A program made the position numbers and the translations under genes. Of a stretch of 64,000 nucleotides of DNA, positions 53,201 through 64,000 are shown in pieces. The DNA is taken from NCBI RefSeq assembly GCF_009914755.1, contig NC_060929.1; one strand, given 5' to 3'. The notes beneath the pieces were generated by a model. The model made no database searches. It was given only the letters and a program-made list of their open reading frames with translations, and was not told the origin of the DNA. The DNA comes from the human T2T-CHM13v2.0 reference genome, Homo sapiens. Position 1 is the stretch's first letter; the number at the start of each line of letters is the position of its first letter.

Positions 53201-55079
53201 GAGCCACTACTGATTTTTAAAAAGAAAATATTCCTCTTATTTGTGACAACATGGATGAATCTGGAGAACATCATGCTAAACGAATAAGCCAGGCACAGAA
53301 AGACAAATACTGCATGCTCTTAATTATATGTGGAATGCAAAAAAGCTTAACTCAGAAGCAGAGTAGAATGGTGACTACCAGAGGCTGGGGGCAGGGGAGG
53401 CAATAGGGAGATGTTTGCCAAGGAGTACAAAACTTTTGTTAGATAAGAGGGATATGTTACCATGCAAACGGTAATCAAAAGAAAATAGGAGTGGCTATAC
53501 ATATATCAGACAAAGTAAACTTTAAGTCAAAAGTTGTCCCTAGAGACAAAGAAGGTTATTACGTAATGATAAAAGGGTGTATTAAACAGGAAGATAGAAT
53601 AATTGTAAACGTATATGCAACCAACTTTACAGCACCTAAAGTTAACATTGAGAGAGAAGAAAGGAGAAATTGACAGCAGTAGAACAATAATAGGAAACTT
53701 TAACACTCCACTTTCAGTATTAAATTGAATATCCAGGCAGAAAATCAAGAAATAGTGAACTTGAACAACACCGTTAGCCAAATGGACTTAACAGACATGT
53801 ACAGAACTTTTCACCCAACAGCAGAAGAATACACATTCTTTTTAAGCTTACAAGGAACATTCTCCAAAATACATCACATGTGAAGCCACAAGACAAGTTT
53901 TAACAAATTTAAGGAGATCAAAATTGTATGAAGTATCTTTTCTGACCACAATGAAGTGGAACTAGAAATCAATAACGAAGAAAGGTGGACAATTCACAAA
54001 TACATGGAAACTAACATAATCTTAAAAACTACTGGATCAAAAAGAGAATTTTAAATACATCTTGAACTGAATAAAACTGAAAAAACATACTAAAAGTTAT
54101 GGGATGCAATAAAAGCAGTAGTATGAAGAAAGTTTGTAGTGATAAATGCCTAAATTTAAGAAGTGGAAAGATATCAAATAAACAACCTAACTGTACACAT
54201 CAAGGAACTAGAAAAAGAAGAAGCAGCTAAGCCAAAGCTGGCAAAAGGAAGAAAATAATAGGGATTAGAATAGAAAAAAGTCAAACGGAAAGTAGAAAAA
54301 CTATAGAAAAATACCAAAAATAAAAATTGCCTTTTAGAGAAGAATAAAATTGGCAAACTCTTAGCTATACTAAGAAAAAAAGTAAAGAAACAAAAGCAGA
54401 ATTAAAGAGGAGACATTACAACAGATCCCTCGAAATAAAAAGGATCATAAGAGACTATTATGAACAATTATATGCCAACAAATTGGATAACATAGAGGAA
54501 ATGGGTAAATTCCTAGAAACATACAACCTACTAAGGCTGAACCAAGAATAAATGGAAAGCCGGAACATACCAATTACAAAGATATTAAAGTAGTAATAAA
54601 ATGCCTCCCAGCAAAGAAAAATCCAAGACCAATTGGCTTCACAACTGAATTCTACCAAACATTCAAAGAAGAAATAACACCAATCCTTCTTAAACTTTTC
54701 CAAAAAATAAAAATAGAGGAAACACTTCTAACCGCTTTATGAGTCCAGCAGTACTCTAATACCAAAACCAAACACACCACAAGTAAAAAAAACTACAGAC
54801 CAATATCTCTGATTAACATACATGCAAAACATCTTTGATAAATTGCTAGCAAACCAAATTCAACAACACATCAAAAAGTTTATACACCATGACCAAGTGA
54901 GATTTATCATTGGGATACAAGGTTGGTTTAGTACATGCAAAACAATCAATATGATAAACCACATTAAGAGAATGAAAGATTAAAACCACATAATCATCTC
55001 TATAGATGCAATAAGCACATTTGATGAAGTTTAATATCCTTTCATGGTTAAAAAATCCAAGGAAAATAGATATAGAAGA

Positions 55080-55432
55080 TGCTGTGGTATGAATGTTTGT
55101 GTCTCTAAAGTTCATATGTTGAAACCTAAACCCCAAAGCAATAGTATTAAGAGGTGTGGGCTTTAGGAGATGATTAAGTCAGGAGGGTTTCTCCCTCAAA
55201 AATGGGATTAGTGCCTTTATAAAAGAGGCCTAAAAGAGTTGTTCATCCTTCTACCATGTAAAAATAAGAAGATGCCATCTTGAAACAGAGAACAAGCTCT
55301 CACCAGACACTGAATCAGCTAATGCCTTGATCTTGGACTTATCGGCCTCCAGAACTGTGAGCAATAAATTTTTCGTGTTTATAATTTCTTATTTTAAGAG
55401 ATTTTGCTATTGCAGCCCAAACAGATAAAGAT
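55080..55432 (+). mobile_element. MaLR solo LTR (MSTC/D or MLT1A-like)
   Basis: tgctgtggtatgaatgtttgtg...gcctccagaactgtgagcaataaattt...gcagcccaaacagataa. Confidence 0.82.
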
Positions 55433-55909
55433 GGCAGGAAATTTCCTCAACATAATAAAGGCCATTTATGACAAGTCCACAAAGAATATCATTATCAATG
55501 AGGGAAACTGAAGCTTCTGCTAAGGTCTGGTAAAAGAAAAGGATGTTCCTTCTTGCCACTTCTATTTAACACAGTACTGAAAGTACTAGCAAGAGTAATC
55601 AGACAAGAAAAAGAAAGAGAAGCCATACGAATCAGAAAGGAAGAAGTAAAAGTGTCTCTGTTTGCATATAATATGATCCTTTACTTAGAAAACTGTAAAT
55701 ATTCCACCAAAAAAACTTATTAGCAATAATAAATAAATTCAGTAAAGTTACAAGACGTGAAATCAACATAAAAATCAGCTGGTTCTATACACTAACAAAG
55801 AAATATCTACAAAGGAAGTCAAGAAAACAATACCATTTACAAAAGCTACAAAACGATAGGAATAAATCTAACAAGGGAAATAAAAGATCTGAACCACCTT
55901 TCCAAAGAA

Positions 55910-56027
55910 AAATTTTTTTTTAGAGATGGGGTCTTGCTATGTTTCCCAGACTGGTCTCAAACTCCTGTCCTCTAGTGGCCTCCCAAATTGTTGGGATTAC
56001 AGGTGTGAATCACCATGCCTGGTTCAG
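55910..56027 (-). mobile_element. Alu monomer (FLAM-like)
   Basis: tagagatggggtcttgctatg...gggattacaggtgtga. Confidence 0.8.
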
Positions 56028-56099
56028 GTAAAAGATCTGTATACTGAAAACTATAAAACATTGATGAAAGAAATTAAAGAGAACATTAATAAACAGAAA

Positions 56100-56318
56100 G
56101 AAGACCCCATCTCTACAAAAACAAAAAAAATCCTAAAATATTAGTCAGGCATTGCGGCACATGCCTGTAGTTCCAGCTAATGGGGAGGCTGAGGAGGGAG
56201 GATCACTTGAGCCCAGGAATTTGAGGGTTCCGTGAGCTATGATCACACCACTGCACTCCAGCGTGGGTGACAGAGTGAGACCTTCTCTCAATAAATAAGT
56301 AAATAAATAAATAAATAG
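56100..56318 (+). mobile_element. 5'-truncated AluJ
   Basis: gaccccatctctac...ggatcacttgagcccagg...(TAAA)n tail. Confidence 0.85.
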
Positions 56319-57540
56319 AAAGATATCCTGTGTTTTGGTTTGGAAGAATTAATACTGCTAAAATTTCTATATATCCTAAATGATCGATAGGTTTAACACT
56401 ACATAGAAATTTTAATGGCATTTTCCACAGAAACAAAAAATACTAAAATTTGTATAAACCCACAAAAAGTTTTAAATATCAAAATAATATTGAGACAGAA
56501 AAATAAGGTTGGAGCATCATACTTCCTGACTTCAAAATGTATTGCAAAGCTACAGAAATCAAACAGAATGCTCCTGGCATAAAAGCCAACACATAGACCA
56601 ATGGAACAAAATAAGAAACTCATAAATAAACCCAAGCACATATGGCCAATTAATTGTCAACAAGTTCACCAGGAAGACAAAATGGGAAATTGATAGTCTC
56701 TTCAATAACTGATGTGGGTAAAACCGGACATCTGCCCGCAAAAGAAATCTGACCCCTATCTTACACCACACACAAAAACAAACTCAAAATGGACTAAAAG
56801 CTTAAAAAATAATACCTCAAAACATTTAAATTCTAAAAAAAATACAGGAAAACTTCTTGACATTAGTCTGAAAAGGATTTTTTAAAAAATAATTCACCAA
56901 AAGCACAAGCAATAAAAGCCAAAATAAGTAAGGGGCATTACATCAAACTAAAAAGCTTCTGCGTGCCAAAGGAAACAATCAACAAAATGAATAGGCAGCC
57001 AATCAATTGGGAGAAAATATTTGCAAGCTATATATCTTATAAGACTTTAGTACTCAAGATACATAAGGAACTAACACTCAACTCAATAGCAATGAAACAA
57101 ATAATCCAGTTTTTAAAACGGGCAAAGGTCCTGAATAGACACATCTAAAAAGAAGACATACAAATGACTAACAGGAATATAAAAATGTCCAACATCATTA
57201 ATCATCAGGGAAATGACAATCGAAACCATGAGATACCATCTCACAACTGTTAGGATAGCCATTATCAAAGAGACAAGATATAACAGGTGTTGGTGAGGGT
57301 GTATAGTAAAGAAAACCCATTGACACTGTTGGAAATGTAGATTGTTGCAGTCATATTGGAAAACAATGTGGAGTTTCCTCTAGAAATTTTAAAAAATAGA
57401 ACTAATATATGACCCAGTAATCCCTCTTCTGGCTATATACTCAAAGGAAGTGAAATCACCACCTTGTAAACATATATGTGCTTCCATGTTCATTGAAGCA
57501 TGGTTTACAATAGCCAAGATATGGAAACAAACAAATTGTG

Positions 57541-58495
57541 GTGGGGAGTGTCATCAAGATGGCAAAACTGGAGATACTAGCCTTTATCCACCCCCAAAGA
57601 AAATAAATAGCTATCCACAAATGAAAATATCTCTAAGAGGGCTCAAAGGCACATTAAAGAATGTGAGGCAACACAGTGGAGCAAAAACAATAACAACAAC
57701 AAAATACAATAAAAAAGGAGGCTATCCACAGAAAAGAACACTGGTGAGACTGGCATATCTGAGACTCCAGGAGATGGCTAGGGTCAAAGAAGAAAGGTGA
57801 AAGCTACTGATATCAGCCGCATGGCAGGAACCACCATGGTCCCCAGGGGCCTTCTTCAAACAAGACACTGGCATGTTTTGTCACTGAGTTAAGAAACAGA
57901 TATTTCTGTTGGGGGAACCCCATAGAGGAAGGCACAGCTTCACAACCCTCCCTTACCCAAGAAGCTGCTGCTGTTGAGCCACTTTGGGAAATCACCTGCC
58001 TCCTCTCTCAACCTCATGCATGCCATAACCCCCAAGCCTCAGCTGCTCCATGGATGCCCACGCTTCAGAGACTGGAGCCATCACCATACCAAGCTGGTGT
58101 ACACTCCAGGCCCTGGAGCCAAGGTCTCTCTAAGTGTTCCCTGAATCCAGGCACAAGCTGAGCCGTCATAGAGAGGCAGGCCCTGACCTGATCCTGAAAC
58201 ACTGTAACTCTGAACACACCTGTGGCAGGAACTGGGGAGATGTATATTAAAGGATACGAAGTCTCAGTGATACAGACGCATGCATCCAGAGATCTGAAGT
58301 ACAACATGAGGGCTATAGTCAATGATATTGTAGTGTATACTGCAAATTTTCTAAGAGGATAGATTTTAGGGGCTCTTAACCACATGCACACAAAATGATA
58401 GATGTTAATTTGCTTGACTGTAGTAATCATTTCTCTATGAACATGTATCAAAACATTATCTTGTGTACCTTAAATACACATAATAAAAAAGATAA
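57541..58495 (+). mobile_element. Old L1 5'-UTR fragment joined to an L1 3'-end fragment
   Basis: catcaagatggc 5' motif; 3' UTR gatgttaatttgcttgactgtagtaatcattt with A-tail. Confidence 0.65.
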
Positions 58496-58725
58496 GGCGA
58501 ATGTGAAAACTCAGCGGAGACCTTCTATGAGTGCCCCTCCACCTTCCTTGTGTTTCCTCCTGACTCTCTCTTGCATGGAACTTCTATTGCATGCAGAGAA
58601 TTCATTTTGCTGTTTTCAAATATATGCTATTGTGCTATTCTTTAAGACTACTACCCATAATAACACTGAGCTTTAAAAATCATTCCCTACTTATAGCTTT
58701 TTAGCCTATAAGCTTAGCTTACTAG

Positions 58726-59280
58726 TGTAAGAAAGAAAGAGAAAAGAAACACCAAAAGTGGCTTAACAATTAAAGACAGGTTTATTTTGGAGAATAAACT
58801 TGAGAGGGGCTTCTGGCCAAGTTAGGTTAGAGGCATTTTTTCTTACACACTAAGAGTTTTTAAGGGTTTGATGTGGGACAGCTTATTATAGGCTTGGAAT
58901 GTTTCTTGTGTTTCTTTGTCTCGCTTATCTGGGAGGGAGAGTTTGTGTGCATTTCCATCCATTTTCCTGAAGCTGCAGGTATACCCCGAGTCTACTTTTA
59001 GCTTCCCTATCTTAGTGCACGTAAAGGGAAAGGAATGTGCTTACTAGGGCCCACTGTTTCACTGGGGCCCATTGTATGAGGGTGAAGTTTGGCTGTTACC
59101 CAAGAGACTTTCCCCCCTCCCTCTGTGCCCAAGGTGTCTTATCTGTGTTTTACTGTCTGCTCCTTCCGGCTGCTTGTAGTTAGAAGAGAAGTGACTTCCT
59201 TGAAATGCAGGAGGCTAGAAAAGGGGCTGGAAATTAAAGTGGCGATGTTTGACTGACATGACGGTGCTCCTGCCCTGTCA
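58726..59280 (-). mobile_element. 3' LTR of an ERV1 provirus (MER61-like)
   Basis: Minus strand TGACAGGGCAGGAGCACCGTCAT...TTTCTTACA; preceded by the PPT-like gggtctagaa. Confidence 0.82.
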
Positions 59281-60584
59281 TTCTAGACCCTATAGTTATA
59301 AAAGGATGAGGGGCAATATTTTTGTTTGTTTGTTTGTTTTGCTACTTCCTGCTGGGGGGGGGGTGGCAGACAGATTTCTGGTTTTGGATTGGCTGAAGGA
59401 GCAATGCCATTTGTAGATGTTTTGGGTAGTTGTTTGTGAAATAGCCATGATTCTATTGGTTAAGAATTTTTGAAAAAGCTGAATTAGGTAGGGTAAAAAC
59501 ATGAGTCCTGGGCTTTTTAGCAGCATTTTTTATTAGGCCTGATTGGTTGAGATAGAAGCAACTTTTTTTTTTTTCCAATGAGAGGTAGAGGCACATGTTT
59601 GGAAAGGCCTATGTGTTATTTTTTGTTAGTAACTGTTATTCCTACTATGAGGATCATAATTAAGCAAAATGCTACAGTAATTGAGATTCTCTGTCCGATA
59701 TTTTACCCTGAGGGTGCTACCGTATATAGTTTTCCTGCAAATAGTAAAGTGAGTAAAGCAATTCCTGCAAGGGTGGCATAGTAAATAATTTCCATTAAAA
59801 ACGTTTTAATATTTGGCTTAAAACGAGAAGTAGAAATGACAAAAAGTATTTGGTGAGATAGAGGTGAGACTGAGTAAGATGAGTAATTTTTACTTACGAA
59901 CTTATTTTTTGTGCTTTTAGCTTAAGATTATTTATGTTTTGTACATTGATATTTGGGACATTTCTCTGGGCTGTTAGGAGTTGCTTCCTCAGATTTTTAA
60001 GCTTTGACTTGAGTGTGATGTATTTAGGAGTTGATTTCTGTAATGGATATAAGTTAAACTGTAGCAAATAGTAAAAACTGAAAAATATTAGGCAAGACTA
60101 GAATTTAACAACAGGTGTGCTATAGTGTTTGAAACATAATTTTCTCTGTTCCGTTTTCCATGTTTATTAAAAGACAAGTCATGGTAGGACTGATTTGCTT
60201 TATTATACTTGGCTTAATTATTTGCATACAATTCAGCAAGAATAACTATTTGCTACATAGGCCTTTTAAATTGGCTTTGATGGCACTTTGTTTCATAGAA
60301 GGAATTTGAGATAAGACTTTTTGAAGCCAAGCCCAGCCATGGATTTGTACTATTAAACACCTATGAGTTGGCAGAATTCCTTTCCTCTTCAGGTTTTAAG
60401 ATAACTTGGGGTTCCTGGCCTGCGAGAAACTGACATTCTTTACTTACCACAGGTCAGAAACCCTGTACAGGGGCTGTGTACACAGAATCTGAGGCCAGTG
60501 TCCAAGGGCTATATTGGCTCCATAAGTCAAGTTTGATTCCTTAAAGGAGAGCACACCATTCCAGTCAAAGCCTTGGCAAAATAA

Positions 60585-61245
<661 letters not shown>

Positions 61246-64000
61246 CAGAAAACAGTTTCTTATCGCACTTATGCAAACAACTATATTGGTGTAATTTAAG
61301 AATACTTATAACTAGTTTTTAAATTCTAGAGGACCTAGGCAGAGAGAAACACGCTTTAAATCCTATTTACAGGAATATACTTTACTTAGCTGTGAAAGTC
61401 TGTCACTAGCTTAAGACAAGTTTTCTTGACTCTGAAAAAATAAAATAAGGATTAGCAGTGTTTTAAGCAAAAGGTAAAAACTTGTTTTGGTTTTCTATTA
61501 GTTTAGTCCATTTTCTTAAATTTTGCTTGATATTTATAAACATTTTAGCTTTCCATGAATTTTGTACATTTTTTGTTGTTGTTGTGAGAAACTCATGTTT
61601 GAGAGCACTTGTTAAAGTCCCGCAGCTTGATTATAAACCATCTTTTGAAAAGAATTAAAACGAAACAACAATTGTGTGCAAATGACAAAATGTCCAGTTT
61701 GGATACAGTTAGAAACACAATTAACAAAGAAATTTAGTCATTTTTGTGGTTTACAATAACCCAACATAACAACCTTAATTGTGATTGATAGCACATATTC
61801 AGACACTAACATTAGACATTTCATACAGTTTTGGAACATATGTTAATATTATTCCCTAAAATATAACTTATTAGGCAGTGTTTTGGCAATTTTATGTACC
61901 TAAACATGTTAAATAATCCTGTTTACCTTTGTTCCAGATGCTTTAGGGGCCCTTTGCAGGACCTAAAATTTAGGGGTTAGGAAAGACAATTTTGAGACTA
62001 AAGTTTGGTTTTGGAAGCCTGTTAAATATGTTTAAAATTTAAACCATTTGATATCATGAAATGGAATTTTAGATTATTATTTTTGTTCATTTGTGTGTTT
62101 GTTTTGTTTCGTTTTGCCAAAATGATGAGTTAAAAATTTGGAAAAGCAAAAACCATTTATTAGCCTTTTTTATTACATGAAAATTCTGTTTAAGAGAGAA
62201 AGTTACATTTTACCCTTTCATTAGTTTATTAATGTTAACCCTAATTTTAATGAAACCTTATAGACAATTCTATTTAATCTTAACCAGTTTGACTATGAAG
62301 TGAGATTTTTACATACCTGTTATAATCCTTGACACATTTTGCTAAAGAGTAGATTAGCATTTTAAGAAAACCTTGTGGTGCTTTTATTTTAGTGTTTAAT
62401 TTACAGAAAAAAAAGTTATACCCTTTTGAGTTTAGTTAATATACTTACACACAGAGTTTTCTTTGCAGAATTAATTTTTATAATGTTTTTACAATTTGCT
62501 TAATCCATTAATTTAATTTTAAGATAACTTATTTTTAAGCAAAATGTACATTTTTGTACCTTCTTTTAATTTTTGACTGAAACACTTTTTACTGTTTTTA
62601 TGCACCTTGCATGTAAATTCATGTTTAGTAGTTTTCACTACATGTCATAATGGTAACTTTTAGCAATTTTTAACTTTAATGTAAAACCTGTTAAGTTTTT
62701 TAAATTATGTGCCAGATGCAGATGAAGTCTGACTTTTTCCAGCATAGTTAGGGGCATGGTTACTTTGATATGTTTCTGGCCTTATCAATTGTGAAGCAGG
62801 TAAGTTGACAGTTTTTAAAGGATAAAGAAGCAGTTTACAACCTTAAAACAGCAAACCTAGTATCTGACCTGCCTAACATATGCCGCATTTTTACACCTTG
62901 AAGACATTGGTATTTTACCAATAATTCCTAAGACTGTTTTTATTTTTAAATATTAAAGTTACGTGAACTGAAAGGTATCACAACTTTTACTTTTCCCTTA
63001 AAAATATTTGATTTAAGCACTTATTTTTCTTAGGCAATTAATTAGCCCTCTTTTTAATAGACATGGCACACATAACACGTGCATAGCCACACAGACAACC
63101 AGAAGAAGAACCAGTCGTTGTAAGATTTTTCATTTTTTGCTAATTTCCCTGTTGGATTATTGGCCTTCAGGTGAGGCCCTTTAAGAACAGTGCTAGGAAT
63201 ACCGTTTCCAGGGCCTAATAAACAAGCAGAGCCAGAAGACAAAGACAGACTTTGAGAGGTACTTATTCACCTCTACTTCCAGGGGTTCCATGAGGAAAAC
63301 AGAGATTTTTCCCAAAATGGGATTTGTGGTGCCTTTTCTGTTTTCCCAAGGAGTCCCAGGCCACCAGAAGTTATTTTGGGGTCTTTTACATATGCACCAA
63401 GAGTGGTAAGACAGAGTGGAGAGAAGTAATTTAGGTGACCGAGAAAAACACCTTTTCTAGGAAAACAAGATTTATGAAGAGAAAAACATAAAGGCCTTTT
63501 GAGTATACTTATAGCTTGGATATTTAATTTTAATTAAGCTGAGCGTTCTTTCTACTAGGGGTGAGGGTGGAGGTTAGAATTATAGAAATGTTATGCCAAG
63601 TTAAATTACGTGCAGGAATTCCCTGTGATAATGAGAGGGATTTTTTGGGAAACATCCCAGACACTGTTCGATTTGCAACAAATCAGACCCGGAGAAGGGG
63701 ACGTGAACATGAGTGATTCCTTCAAGCCCAGCCACTGCTGGGAGAGGGAGGATGGCGGAGGAGGTTTCACTGGTTGGAGCAGGTTTTGAACCGGTGGAGA
63801 AGGAGGAGGGCGGGGCTTAAGGGAGAAGAAAGCCTGAATATAGGGAACCTTTTGCCAGTTACCGTCTCTGGTGATAAAGGCGTCAAGGTTCCTGAGAACC
63901 TGAAGGGTAAAGGTGCTGCTTTGGGCCGCTGGCTGTCATTATCTAGTTTGTACTGGGGCCAGGACGTTTGCAAGATAACATTAAACGCTTTGGCTTTAGA

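Larger units (their letters stand above)
53450..57540 (+). mobile_element. Old L1 ORF2, nearly whole, with MaLR and Alu insertions
   Basis: ISDKVNFKSK..MIKG EN start through IAKIWKQ C-terminus. Confidence 0.87.

Overview
Primate, almost certainly human, genomic DNA from the butyrophilin-like cluster (5q35.3, identified from recalled protein sequence; no database search was run). The one protein-coding gene is the 3' half of BTNL8 on the + strand: a TM exon (29883-29996), three heptad micro-exons and the B30.2/PRY-SPRY exon (stop at 32915). An alternative donor at 30126 gives the B30.2-less short isoform. Most of the remainder is transposon-derived: nested sense-strand L1s fill the ~30 kb of upstream intron, with Alus, ERV1/MaLR LTRs and a MADE1. 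Retro-derived gene copies: RPS29 (intronic, sense); a TERF2IP/RAP1 retrocopy split by a TMEM69 retrocopy that is itself split by an LTR12; and a FAM136A exon 1/intron 1 fragment. I found no CRISPR array, RNA gene or prokaryote-type novel system. The best leads, all hypotheses, are: a cryptic terminal exon in the RPS29 retrocopy that could make a TM-less BTNL8; the three-level nested retrocopy stack with a CpG-rich LTR12 promoter; a twin-primed (5'-inverted) Alu; a G-to-A hypermutated ERV; and a 45-bp inverted templated insertion. Repeat subfamily names and some boundaries are approximate.
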